64,000 nucleotides of DNA from Balanoglossus misakiensis (Eukaryota > Animalia > Hemichordata), in contig CM082588.2 of NCBI GenBank assembly GCA_040954595.2, forward strand, positions 6,398,202 through 6,462,201, read 5' to 3'. The translations under genes and the position numbers were made by a program. Below, one piece after another: positions 26,552 through 37,581 of the stretch; position 1 is the stretch's first letter; each line of letters begins with the position of its first letter. A model generated the notes under the pieces. The model did not search any database, was not told where the DNA came from, and worked only from the letters and a program-made list of their open reading frames with translations.

Positions 26552-28330
26552 TCACTGTTGGATCGGTTGCCCGTCAAATTGTCGTCCGCTCAGTTTTGGT
26601 TTTGGGTGAAGAATCGGTGGTCGGTGTCCAGGTATTGGTTTTTGTATTTTACCAGATCCCGTGTCGTTTTCCTTCGTCGACTGTTGTGGTCTTGTCTTTG
26701 CCTGTGCAGGGCGTTGGTGGGTATCGTTTCTGTGCTTAAGAACTGGCAGTGGTAGTGGATTCCCTAGTCTGACAACTACAGGCTCTGGGCGACCCGGTCG
26801 TGCGGGGCCTAATGTATCACTTGCATTGTTATATAGTCTAACTTGCTGAGCTACCTGGGAAGAGGCTGCCCCGTCGTAAGCCCAGTCGCTGTCGTAGTTT
26901 TCACTGGTTTCATAATATGCCGAGTTGACTGAAGAGAACGGCGTTGGTGACGAATTAGCACCCGCATCGACATTGACGATCCCGGTGTCTTCACGCGGGC
27001 TAGTGGCCTCGTTTCGAGAAAGTTTATTCCCCCGAGATTTTCGGAAGCAAACGATGACCAGAACGACACCGACTAACAGGACGAAAACCCCGGACAGACC
27101 AAACGCGACGCTAATTTTGTCAGAGACGTTGCCAGTGATGCGACGCGTATCGTTCTTCGCATAGGCGGCTGTGGCATCGTTGTTTAGAGTCGTGCCAATT
27201 GACGAACCGACACCGACTCTGAGAGTTGCCGCGGTGGTCCTATCTCTCCCAATCAAGGGTGCCGTGGTTTCTGGTGTACTTGTAGCTGGATGTCGAAGCA
27301 CAGTTGCTGTGGATTCGATGTTGACGTATAATATACTAGTGGCGGGTTCTGACTGCCCGATGCCATTCACTGCTACACAGCTAACGGAATATACGCCATT
27401 GTCGCCACTGGTAAAATCAGAACCTATGATGACGTTAGCGCTTTGGGAACGAAACGTTCCAACCGCCCGGTCTGACCACACGTAGTCCGTCACTGGAGGA
27501 TTGGCCACGGCGGTACACGTGAACCTGATGACTTGCGTCTCAGATGTGACTGTTTGTGAAGGCGGGGAAACCTGGGCGGTTGGTCGGTACTGGACGTTGA
27601 AGGGACCAAGTTGGCATGTCCTGTCTGTGCTGTAGGTCGGGTGAACTCCTGTGCAGGTGAATAACGCAGAGCTTTCTTGGCGCGTGGGTGTCCATGTGAA
27701 TGATAAGACATGCGAACCATCACTGGGGTCAGTGTTCGCGACAGTATTTAAAGATTCACCCGCTCTAGTCCAATCTGTTGTCAGTACAGGTACACCTGTA
27801 GGATCTGATCGACACTGTAGGGATAGCGGAACTCCTTCAATCACGTTGAAATCATCATTATCAGAATCAACACCTATGGAACACCGCACATAGCCCAATT
27901 GCGGGGTTACATACACATCCAGACGAGCTGGACGCGAATACCGAAAAGGGCGTGTCGCCACCACGCACTGGTACTCACCAGAATCAAACTCGGCCTTGGT
28001 CGCCTTTGTTTTGATTTGCAGGTCGAATGTCGAAGAGGTTCCTTGCACGGCGGTGTCTATAAGATATCGCGTGTCAACCTCTCTGATATTCACATATCCA
28101 TTAGTGCTAATGTCTACTCTGTTTTTGTGCCATTCGACATCTTGACCGGCCTGTAGATTTTGAACAGTGCAGTGCAGAGTAACAGTGATCTCATTGTTGC
28201 TTCCGTAGGGAAAAATCTGCGTGTAGTCCGTTGGTTCCACCTGGAATGGCGGGTTTTGAGCGTCAACGCTGAAGTATACACCAATAACAGTTAACAACTG
28301 TACGCCAAGTTGAGGTCCCATTATATTCAT
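26552..28330 (-). CDS. Ig receptor 2: signal peptide, 3 Ig domains, S/T stalk, TM, Tyr/Pro-rich tail without distal ITIMs; intronless
   Basis: Single ORF. D1/D2 nearly identical to receptor 1. Tail contains SAYYETSENYDSDWAY and ends shortly after PPILHPKPK, which is homologous to PPVVHPKPK in the ITIM-type tails. Confidence 0.9.
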   Translation of the reverse strand: MNIMGPQLGVQLLTVIGVYFSVDAQNPPFQVEPTDYTQIFPYGSNNEITVTLHCTVQNLQAGQDVEWHKNRVDISTNGYVNIREVDTRYLIDTAVQGTSSTFDLQIKTKATKAEFDSGEYQCVVATRPFRYSRPARLDVYVTPQLGYVRCSIGVDSDNDDFNVIEGVPLSLQCRSDPTGVPVLTTDWTRAGESLNTVANTDPSDGSHVLSFTWTPTRQESSALFTCTGVHPTYSTDRTCQLGPFNVQYRPTAQVSPPSQTVTSETQVIRFTCTAVANPPVTDYVWSDRAVGTFRSQSANVIIGSDFTSGDNGVYSVSCVAVNGIGQSEPATSILYVNIESTATVLRHPATSTPETTAPLIGRDRTTAATLRVGVGSSIGTTLNNDATAAYAKNDTRRITGNVSDKISVAFGLSGVFVLLVGVVLVIVCFRKSRGNKLSRNEATSPREDTGIVNVDAGANSSPTPFSSVNSAYYETSENYDSDWAYDGAASSQVAQQVRLYNNASDTLGPARPGRPEPVVVRLGNPLPLPVLKHRNDTHQRPAQAKTRPQQSTKENDTGSGKIQKPIPGHRPPILHPKPKLSGRQFDGQPIQQ

Positions 28331-28423
28331 CGCGTCTAACCGAGTCAAATATTGCAGACCACAAATCAAACGAACGGTACCAGCCGCCAACGCAGTTACC
28401 TCGGACTGACAGCAAGGGCTGTA

Positions 28424-28442
28424 TCCTTGATCCGGGTACTTT
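28424..28442 (-). promoter_or_regulatory. Conserved tandem ETS-like element upstream of receptor 2
   Basis: Minus strand AAAGTACCCGGATCAAGGA, ~100 bp above the ATG; recurs upstream of all array members. Confidence 0.55.
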
Positions 28443-29808
28443 CTCGACGTCTTCAAATAGCGGTATTCGTTCTGCACAAAAGGAATGAATGCTGACCCTT
28501 GTATCGGGTGAACGCCCGCAACAACAATTACCACAGGCGTGTGATGTCAGCGAAGCCATTGAACTTTTTGAAGACGGTCTTACCGACATAAAACTAAACT
28601 TCGCCTGTCTTCTGCATAAGAGAAAATACTGAAGTACCACAAAACTATCAAACATTGAACGAGAGTAGGTAATACAAAACACACCATTTATTCATTTCCG
28701 TATATGTCCCTTTTGAATGAAACATTACCTTGTCCCTTGTACAATACGATTCTTGTGCAAGTGCAATTCTATGGGTAAAAGCGCCCTCACACCCATGCTT
28801 GATGACTCATACCTGGCCAGTTTTTCCCAAAGGCCATCAGAGCGCATAATTTTCGCACTCGTTGCTAACGTGCGTTGCTATTTTTGTAAACACTGCAGGA
28901 GAAATAAAGCGTTCTTTCAGTGCTTTGGTCCCAGCCAAGCGGGAAGCTATCAAGGAATAAAATATGTTTGTAAATCAAGTGACTTCCAGGTAGGGTGATC
29001 CCTCATGGGATGATTTTCCAGAAACTATAATCCAGACTTGGAATTCAAAGCAGAAGGCAAATAATCACGAGTGTAAAACTACAGTACAATTTACCAACTC
29101 CTTACAGATACAAAAATATTTCATAATAACTGAATGGTGACGTAACATGCACAAACGTGCTAAAGCCTGTATAGAAGTTACGACACTATTATCAAAAATC
29201 TTTACAAATTATAATTTTCCAGTACACCCAATACCATACACCCAACTATTTCTTTAAAGTTATTCTTGCTATTTGGAATTTGTATGTAATCAGAAACAAA
29301 AATCTGAATATATGCCTTTCGAATTAGCTGATTTTAACATATTTTCGTGGAAGCTACATCACCACACCATCGTCAACTTCCACAACGAAACTAAAGGAAG
29401 CTTTGTAAAATATATTCTACATATGCTAGTAAGTGTACATTAATGTATGACACAATTCAGTACTGAAAACCAATCTCAAAGAAGTAAATAAAATGATTAT
29501 TTCTCAAGTGGCACAAGCATTGGTATATGGACACTATTGTTTTATTGAATGTCACGAGTTTGTGCGGATGATGTTCGTCACATATGTCATATATGTCGAA
29601 TACCGACGAATGGTGAGATTTTCTAGTTATTTCAAAGTTTAAGCACTGATCAACTGAGCAACTTTCTCTTGTCTGGCCTGGGGACCATACCTCTGACTTG
29701 TTTTAGAAACTGTAATCGGTTATCCAGAAATGTTCTACTTGAAAGCATTACTTTTCAATAGGAAATCCGCGAATTTCCACAGCAGAAATGGAGAAAATAT
29801 ATTCACTA

Positions 29809-32190
29809 CTACAACCTTACTTCTGCATACACAACGTCGTCATTTTGTTCGATTTCTTTGCTTTCCTTTGGGTTGAGTCTGCGCTTTGTTGGCGCTAAAT
29901 CCAGGTCAGCGTATGTCAACCCTTCAAAGTTTTTATGTCTTGCGCTGTCGTCTGACATGGTGACCCCTTCATTGTACGCCTCTGCATCTGTCATTTTATC
30001 GCCGTCGGTGAGATTTTCTTCCTCCTTGAAGGTTTCGCCTGCCCCCTCGGATTGGCGCTTCTTTTTGGCCAAATCGACGCTCGCATACATAACTCCAATA
30101 TCCCTTTCAGTCTGTGTTTGTTGTAGCTCTGATGGATTGTTCGTAGCCTGATTTTCGCCAACCGTTTCTCGAGTATCGCGTGCAATTATTGGCTTATCGT
30201 CATATTCAGAATTGTCAGCGTGGTCCCAAGGGCCCATCCCATCGTCGTCAGAAAGATTTTCTTCCCCCTTGCAGGCTTCGCTTGCACCCTCGGATTTGCG
30301 TTTCTTTTTCGCCAAATCGACTCTTGCGTACATAACACCAGTGGCCAGGTCACTTTGTGTCTGCTGTAGTTCAGATACACCCTTCCTAGCCTGGCTTTCA
30401 CCTTCGGTTTCTCTAGTACCGCGGGCAATTATTGGCTCACCGCCATATTCGGAATTCGCTGCATGGCCCCAAGTTTCTGTTTTGATTCCGCCTGACTGTC
30501 TGTTTGGTTTTGGTTTGGGGTGAACAACGGGTGGGTTCTTCACAGGCTTTGATTTTTGTCCGTCTCCTGGTCGTTGCATACCGGCTCTCTCGGCTCCAGT
30601 CTCTGGGGCACCTGCTTGTCCGAGGCCTCCTTTATTTCTATCGATATAAATGTTGGCTTGCAATGTGATTTGCAGAGATGTAGATTGGTCATCTAATCTG
30701 TGTTCGCGGATGTCGTCTTCTGTTTCGTCATACGCTGGGTTGACTGGTGAATACGTGGGAGAGGGGTCTGCTGCCTGGTCAACCAGTTGATCTGGGTTGA
30801 CTAATTCAGCATTATTAGTTTGAATGTCCTCGTAGGGGTTTGCATATCTGTGGGCATGTGTTGGTGCTGGTGTTATTGTTGGTGTTTGCGCATTCCGGGT
30901 ATGCTTCCTGCGTGACTTGCAGATACAGACGGCAACTAAGATACCAACTAAAGCTAAAATAAAGCCACACGCTCCAACTGCACTGCCAATGATGACTCCA
31001 GCCCCTTCCTTGCTGGTTTGCCTAGATTCTTTCTGTCCATACGCTAGTGTTTCAATGGTAGGTTCTCCCGTGGTACTCATCCACTGTTGCTCTTTACTTG
31101 TGACGTCAAAATCCACTGCATTTGTGGTAAAAATGTCCATCGATGTACTCAGATCCTTCACAGTTGTGGATGGAATGTCGACATACAATATACTACTGAC
31201 AGGTGCTGAATCGCCGATGCCATTAACTGCTGTACAGCTCACGGTATACACACCATTGTCACTACTCTCAAAACCTGAACCAACGATCACATTGTCGCTC
31301 TGCTGGTGAAATTTTTCGGCGTGTGACGTTGTCCACACATAGTCTGTCACTGCAGGATTTGCATCGGCTGTACATGTGAAGGTGACGACCTCTGATTCCA
31401 TGGTCAGTGTGTACGATGATGGTGAAATCTGGGCGGTTGGTTTGTACTGTACATTGAATGGACCTAACTGACATATTTTGTTTGTGTCGTAGGCGGGGTG
31501 AAATCCTGTACAGGTAAATGTTGCATGTTGCTGTTGGCGCGTAGGTTTCCATGAATAGTAGAGAACGTTTGAACCATCAGGATCCGCCCCTCTGATTGGA
31601 GCAATTATGTCATCATGAAACCCATTTCTTGCCCATTTGGTCGTTACGGCAGGTACACCTGTAGAATCTGAACGACACTGTAAGGAGATCGATATTCCTT
31701 GAATCGCGTTGAAATCGTCATCTTCGGCAACAGTACCAATTGAACATCGTAACGAGTCTGACTGGGGGAGTACATAGACGTCCAGGCGGGCAAAAGTAGA
31801 TTGCAGGTAGGGGGTTGCCGTCACTACACATCGGTAATTGCCCGAGTCTTTGACAGCATTGGCGGCATTCGTGTTGATGTGTAGATTGAATATTAAAAGA
31901 GGTGACGACGAATAGTGGACTATAGTATAACGATCGTCAGTGTACATCGTCATGAAGACGTCGCCATTGTTGCTGATTTGTAATCCGTTCTTGTACCATT
32001 GTACACTATGACCCCTTAAATTTTCAACGGTACAGTAAAACTCGACAAGAGAATCCACACTGCTACCGTGCGTGAATACCTTTTTAACGTCAGTTGGCTC
32101 TGTCCCGAATTCAGGGTCAAGTGCTTCGACTGTGGAACGCACACGAGCCAGCACGAATACTTGCAAGACAAGAAATCCGTTTAGATACAT
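29809..32190 (-). CDS. Ig receptor 3: 3 Ig domains, TM, inhibitory tail with 4 ITIMs; intronless
   Basis: Signal MYLNGFLVLQVFVLARVRSTVEA; TM VIIGSAVGACGFILALVGILVAVCIC; VMYARV, VMYASV, LTYADL and VVYAEV fit (I/V/L/S)xYxx(L/V). Confidence 0.92.
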   Translation of the reverse strand: MYLNGFLVLQVFVLARVRSTVEALDPEFGTEPTDVKKVFTHGSSVDSLVEFYCTVENLRGHSVQWYKNGLQISNNGDVFMTMYTDDRYTIVHYSSSPLLIFNLHINTNAANAVKDSGNYRCVVTATPYLQSTFARLDVYVLPQSDSLRCSIGTVAEDDDFNAIQGISISLQCRSDSTGVPAVTTKWARNGFHDDIIAPIRGADPDGSNVLYYSWKPTRQQQHATFTCTGFHPAYDTNKICQLGPFNVQYKPTAQISPSSYTLTMESEVVTFTCTADANPAVTDYVWTTSHAEKFHQQSDNVIVGSGFESSDNGVYTVSCTAVNGIGDSAPVSSILYVDIPSTTVKDLSTSMDIFTTNAVDFDVTSKEQQWMSTTGEPTIETLAYGQKESRQTSKEGAGVIIGSAVGACGFILALVGILVAVCICKSRRKHTRNAQTPTITPAPTHAHRYANPYEDIQTNNAELVNPDQLVDQAADPSPTYSPVNPAYDETEDDIREHRLDDQSTSLQITLQANIYIDRNKGGLGQAGAPETGAERAGMQRPGDGQKSKPVKNPPVVHPKPKPNRQSGGIKTETWGHAANSEYGGEPIIARGTRETEGESQARKGVSELQQTQSDLATGVMYARVDLAKKKRKSEGASEACKGEENLSDDDGMGPWDHADNSEYDDKPIIARDTRETVGENQATNNPSELQQTQTERDIGVMYASVDLAKKKRQSEGAGETFKEEENLTDGDKMTDAEAYNEGVTMSDDSARHKNFEGLTYADLDLAPTKRRLNPKESKEIEQNDDVVYAEVRL
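29986..30471 (-). repeat. Coding tandem duplication (243-bp / 81-aa period) in the receptor 3 tail
   Basis: WGHAANSEY...GVMYARVDLAKKKRKSEG starts at 30471; WDHADNSEY...GVMYASVDLAKKKRQSEG starts at 30228. Confidence 0.9.
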
Positions 32191-32290
32191 GACCAGCCTT
32201 TGGTACACTGCAGCGAATTGGTGTTCAGAGACGCAAACAGTCCCACTGACGTCTAGTATTACCCAGTTAGCACCCAGTTTGAGAATTTCG

Positions 32291-32310
32291 TTTCCTCGAT
32301 CCGGGTACTT
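32291..32310 (-). promoter_or_regulatory. Conserved tandem ETS-like element upstream of receptor 3
   Basis: Minus strand AAGTACCCGGATCGAGGAAA. Confidence 0.55.
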
Positions 32311-33723
32311 TTGTGGTGTTTACCATTAACGATGGGGCTTTTTGTGAGTGTGGTGTTCAACAAAAATATTCAATAGCGTCGCGACGGTATTGAATTGACC
32401 TTTTCACTACGTCTTTGTATTATGACTAAGGCGATTTTAAGGCGGCACTGCAGGTTAGAGGCGATTATTTTATTCTCTCCAAATTTCACATTTATACCTA
32501 TTTGATATAGCATCGTATTTATCCACAATTTGGGAAATGTTTGGTTTCCTAATGTACCTAATGTGCTTCATTATCACAATTGGCGACATATACTATTTCT
32601 TTCTGTAAAATTATGTTGTACATAAAAGCTGGTGGCCTAAAGTACTGAATAAAAGTTTATTATTATTATAATGTACATACACTTTAAAGGTAGGACACTT
32701 TTATTGTAAGTCCCATCAAAATTACAAATATTTTCAAAAAATCCTGATATCAAAAATGTCCTATTTGTGAAGCTAGTGCTTGTGTGAGCTGCATGTGTGT
32801 GTGTTGATATAATGGGATATGAGTCAACGATTAGTTGATGTGAGTAATGCTGTCTATTACCATTTGTATGCGTTCGTACATTGTTTGCTACTGGGTCGTA
32901 CATTACTTTAAATAACAACGTGGTAGATCGTAGAGGGCGGTGAAAATGTCACAAAAGTTGCATTGTACTTTCTTTTCCGGGATCACGACCTGATCTGTTT
33001 ACTCGCCAATCTCTTAAGGACGTTCTCACCACCATTATCGTTGTCCATTCTCCGAACTCTATAGCGCAAACTTAAATACACGTACACAAATTTACAATTC
33101 TTAAGAGTGATCACAAGATTATCGATATGGTGCGTAGATTAAATGCATATATTATACTTACATGTTCATATGATAGTAAATTTCGAAGTCATTAGCTAAT
33201 ACGTACATGTATAGAGAAATTAATCATTCACAATTGTTGACCAATCTAATTATCAAATTTCCCGTATACGATGTCATGGCCATCAATAATCTTATCCCCG
33301 ATTAATATTAAATTCAGATGTATAATCATATGTCCAACACACTGGCGCTTACATTTGTTGATCATTATATGTTTCATTTTACGAGTGTTTCTAAAGAAGT
33401 CCTAGAACTTTTGATTGCATAAATATGAAAACATTCTTCGTGACAGGTACCGCTATTATATCTACTATAATCGGTTGCTTAGTAAACTTATACGTAATGT
33501 TGTTTGACCATATTTCTATGCCAGAGACTTAAAAGTACACATAATACCAATTGTTTTTATAACATATGTGTCGGAGAAAATCATTATAATGTCATGTAAT
33601 TTTTCGTTATTGTACCAATAGAACCCAGTAATATTCAAGAATTAATAACATGTCGAGCTGGAAAATTATTAATTTGATTTTCACACACATCTTGCATTGT
33701 GACTATCGTTTGACTGAAATTCC

Positions 33724-35712
33724 TTATTTAGTTTTCTCGACAACCTTTACATCATCAAGTGACGTGTAAACATCAGTGGTTGTAAGGTTTAAACTTTGAT
33801 AATGTTCGGCGCCATCGCTGACGTCATCGCCGTCGAATTCTTTGACCGGACTTTGAGGACCCTGGTCGGTGAGAGTTTTCGGTTCGCCATGTGCAACGCC
33901 CTCCTCGGTAACTTTAGCACCGTACAGGGACATGTAGTCAACTTTGTCTGGGGAATTCAAACTTTGATAATGTTCTGGTTGTTGCCTGGCAACACCGATA
34001 TCGTCGTACTGGACACTATCTGCAGGAATCTGACCAAGGTTGACTCTCACGTCCATTTCGTGTCCATTGGTTTTATGGTCTGTCCACCGGCTTCCTTCAT
34101 CTACTATCAGTCCTCGGTTACCCGATCTCATGACGCCAGGTTCCAAAGTACCTGAATGTGCAACGCGATCTTTATTTCTATCTATATAGATTTTGGCTTT
34201 CAGGCGGGTTTCCAAAGACGTTGAATCGTCGGTGGATCTTTTTCCGTTGTCGTATTCATCCGACTGATTGCATGCTGGGATTACTGATGGATACGGCAGT
34301 GGATCTGCAGAGTCGACTGAATCAGAATTTTTAGTTTCAATGTTTTCGTAAGGGGATGCATATCTGTGGTTATGCGTTGGTGCTGGTATTATTGTTGGTG
34401 TTTGCGCATTCCGGGTCTGCTTCCTGCGTGACTTGCAGATACAGACGGTACCTATGATACAAACTAAAGCTAAAATACAGCCACACGCTCCAACTGCACT
34501 GCCAATTATGACTCCTGTCCCACTATTGTCTGTTTGCCCAGATTCTTTCTGTCCATACGGTAGTGTTTCACCAATGAGAGGTTCTGCAGTGGTGCTCGTT
34601 CTCTGTTGTTCTTTACTTGTGACGTCAAAATCCACTCCATTTGTGGTAAAAATGTTCATCGATGTACTCAGATGCTTCACAGTTGTGGATGGAATGTTGA
34701 CATACAATATACTGTTGGCAGGTGCTGAATCGCCGATGCCATTGACTGCTCTGCAGCTCACGGTATACAAACCATTGTCACTACTCTCAAAACCTGAACC
34801 AACGATCACATTGTCGCTCTGCTGGTGAAATCTTTCAGTGTGTGGAGTTGTCCACACATAGTCTGCCACTGCAGGATTTGCATCGGCTGTGCATGTGAAG
34901 GTGACGACCTCTGATTCCATGGTTAGTGTGTACGATGATGGTGAAATCTGAGCGGTTGGTTTATACTGTATATTGAATGGACCTAACCGACATATTCTAT
35001 TAAACGTGTAGGCAGGGTGAAATCCTGTACAGGTAAATGTTGCATGTTGCTGTTGGCGCGTAGGTGTCCATGAATAGTAGAGAACGTTTGAACCATCCGG
35101 ATCCGTCGCTCTGGTTGGAGCAATTATGTCACCGTGAAACCCGTTTTTTGCCCATGTGGTTGTTATGGCAGGTACACCTGTAGAATCTGAACGACACTGT
35201 AAGGAGATCGGTATTCCTTCACTAACGTTGAAATTGTCATCTTCGGCAACAGTACCGATGGAACATCGTAAAGAGTCTGACTGGGGGAGTACATAGACGT
35301 CTAGTCGGGCAATAGTGGATTGCAGGTAGGGGGTTGTCGTCACTACACATTGGTAATTGCCCGAGTCTTTGATAGCATTGGCCGCATTCGTGCTGATGTG
35401 TAAATTGAATACTAAATAAGGTGGCGAGGAAGTTTGGACTACGACGGAATAACGATCATCAGTGTTCATCGTCGTCAAGACGGTGTCATTGTTGCTGATT
35501 TGTAATCCGTTCTTGTACCATTGTACACTATGACCCATTAAATTTTCAACGGCACAGTATAAGATCGCAGAGGAATACACACTGCTACCGTGCGTGAATA
35601 CCTTTTCAACGTCGTTCGGCTGTGTCCCGAATTCAGGGTCAAGTGCTTCGACTGTGGAACGCACACGAGCCAGCACGAATACTTGCAGGACAAGAAATCC
35701 GTGTAGATACAT
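33724..35712 (-). CDS. Ig receptor 4: ectodomain and TM like receptor 3, activating tail with 2 ITAMs; intronless
   Basis: YQSL-NSPDKVD-YMSL (33925-33969) and YQSL-NLTTTDV-YTSL (33757-33801), both YxxL-x7-YxxL. ATG 35712 chosen by homology to receptor 3. Confidence 0.92.
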   Translation of the reverse strand: MYLHGFLVLQVFVLARVRSTVEALDPEFGTQPNDVEKVFTHGSSVYSSAILYCAVENLMGHSVQWYKNGLQISNNDTVLTTMNTDDRYSVVVQTSSPPYLVFNLHISTNAANAIKDSGNYQCVVTTTPYLQSTIARLDVYVLPQSDSLRCSIGTVAEDDNFNVSEGIPISLQCRSDSTGVPAITTTWAKNGFHGDIIAPTRATDPDGSNVLYYSWTPTRQQQHATFTCTGFHPAYTFNRICRLGPFNIQYKPTAQISPSSYTLTMESEVVTFTCTADANPAVADYVWTTPHTERFHQQSDNVIVGSGFESSDNGLYTVSCRAVNGIGDSAPANSILYVNIPSTTVKHLSTSMNIFTTNGVDFDVTSKEQQRTSTTAEPLIGETLPYGQKESGQTDNSGTGVIIGSAVGACGCILALVCIIGTVCICKSRRKQTRNAQTPTIIPAPTHNHRYASPYENIETKNSDSVDSADPLPYPSVIPACNQSDEYDNGKRSTDDSTSLETRLKAKIYIDRNKDRVAHSGTLEPGVMRSGNRGLIVDEGSRWTDHKTNGHEMDVRVNLGQIPADSVQYDDIGVARQQPEHYQSLNSPDKVDYMSLYGAKVTEEGVAHGEPKTLTDQGPQSPVKEFDGDDVSDGAEHYQSLNLTTTDVYTSLDDVKVVEKTK

Positions 35713-35812
35713 GGCCAGCCTTTGGTACGCTGCAGCGTATCGGTGTTCAGAGACGCAAACACATCCACTGACGTCTAGTATTACCCAGTTAGCACCCAGT
35801 TTGAGAATTTCG

Positions 35813-35832
35813 TTTCCTCGATCCGGGTACTT
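35813..35832 (-). promoter_or_regulatory. Conserved tandem ETS-like element upstream of receptor 4
   Basis: Minus strand AAGTACCCGGATCGAGGAAA. Confidence 0.55.
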
Positions 35833-36469
35833 TTGTGGTGTTTTTTGTGAGTGCGGTGTTCGAAAACAAATTGAATAGCGTCGACTAAAGGCTTTGTCAC
35901 TACGTCTTACTCTTTGTATATAAACTAAGACGATGTTCATGTTGCACTGCAGGCTATAAGGAGGCTATTCCCCCAATTTTTGCCTTTCATGCCTAATTGG
36001 CAATGTGTCATACTGACTCACAATACAGAAACACGCCATAATGAAATAGTGTCTGATCAACCAGAGGTATTTTTTCGAAAAAGGCTAATAAGTCCACGAG
36101 ATAGGCCAATATACTCTTATTGTTTTTGTAGGTTTTCGGGTTGTCATTATTTCCACAAGTTTTTTTTACCCGTGCGTCAAGATTGACATGGAATTTGCAA
36201 CAGTTCTTTTATTTAAACATTAAATCTTACGTTTTTTTGTATAGAAAATGAAGCGGATAGTCATATTTGATTTGCACCATCTGACAGAATAACCGACGAA
36301 AGCCACAAAACACTGCCAATTTTTGTACAAGTTGGAGAATCATGAAATAGCGAAGAAATTCTCAATAGGCAAGTTAAATAAAAATAATGTCATATCACAT
36401 AATCAACGTAATATTGTTTTATTCGCAAGTAAGCACAGGTTACATTCTTAAGTTTCTAGGTATGATTTA

Positions 36470-36781
36470 AGCAATAAAACACCCCCAGCCATGGTATATC
36501 ACGAGATTTTGACCAGTTCACGACATATACGCACGAGCGATAGCGAGTGCGTATATGGAGTTGAACTGGTCAAAATCGAGTGGTATACCATGGCTGGGGG
36601 TGTTTTATTGCTATTATATTATGCCAGTATATTGAAACTTTGCATAAAACATTTTAATAAGGCATTTTCTTTAACTATGATATATGACTGTGGTATATGG
36701 CTAATATATCACGGTCACGTGTCGTGTCTCGACCAATCAAATAGCGTGATTTACACCATCAATATACTGGTATAATATAAT
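36470..36781. mobile_element. Palindromic MITE-like repeat with two adjacent inverted-repeat pairs
   Basis: agcaataaaacacccccagccatggtata (36470) pairs with tataccatggctgggggtgttttattgct (ends 36612), with pairing continuing inward; attatattatgccagtatattga (36613) pairs with tcaatatactggtataatataat (ends 36781). Confidence 0.7.
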
Positions 36782-37581
36782 GAACAATATAGTATTTCAT
36801 AAGACAATTGCTGGATAAACATGACAGGTAAAATTCACTTACGTTGCCTAGAGACGCTTCAGAGTTTGTGTGATGGGCATTGGTATTGCACAGTTGTATA
36901 AGTCTGTGTTTTACCTTGGCCTTTTCAGTTCCAGTCGCATATCTTTATTAGTTATTTCTTGAATAATTCAACAACGGTTGTGAAAGCGTTGATATCACAC
37001 ATCCAATAAGTATAAGTAACCGAATAACATGTAGTAAAAACATATTTCCATGTCAGAAGAAAAATGGACCAGTTGGATCATAAGAAATTACATAATGGCG
37101 TCTTTACACTATCGAATGTGAATTTTAGATAATTACACCTTGAATATTTCATAGAATTCTTGTTTAATCGACTTTTCGAACCAATCAAGTCCGGACACGA
37201 CACCACTCGGCCATGGCCAGTTGCAATTATTTTTAGCTAGAATTTTGACACTTGAAAAATATCCACTAGAGCATTATCTGTTCTTATTTGTCATTATGAA
37301 ATATCCATCGAAGAAAGAATGAATAATGATGATGGTAAATCACGTGGTCCTAATAGACCAATGAAAGTGTCCGAATATGTTGACGAACAAGTACGGAATT
37401 AGCATATTTGAAAATTGCCGTGAAAGACAGTGGCCACTGCCTTTGTTTTCATATTACAATTGGAGTTCTTCATTCAACATTGACGAGTTTCCGTCCACAA
37501 CTTAAACATTTACAGATTTTTAGTACGAGAGGGAACAATCACCCTCAGGCTTAGAGCTAAAGTACCTGGACCAAGATTCGT

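Noticed and set aside
35713-35940. Upstream in-frame extensions of the Ig ORFs (also 28331-28534 and 26160-26285), including the recurring KYPD(R/Q)G peptide
   Set aside because: They would bury the signal peptide, and most begin at non-ATG codons. The apparent peptide conservation reflects the DNA-level ETS-like motif, which is not read in frame in receptors 5-7.
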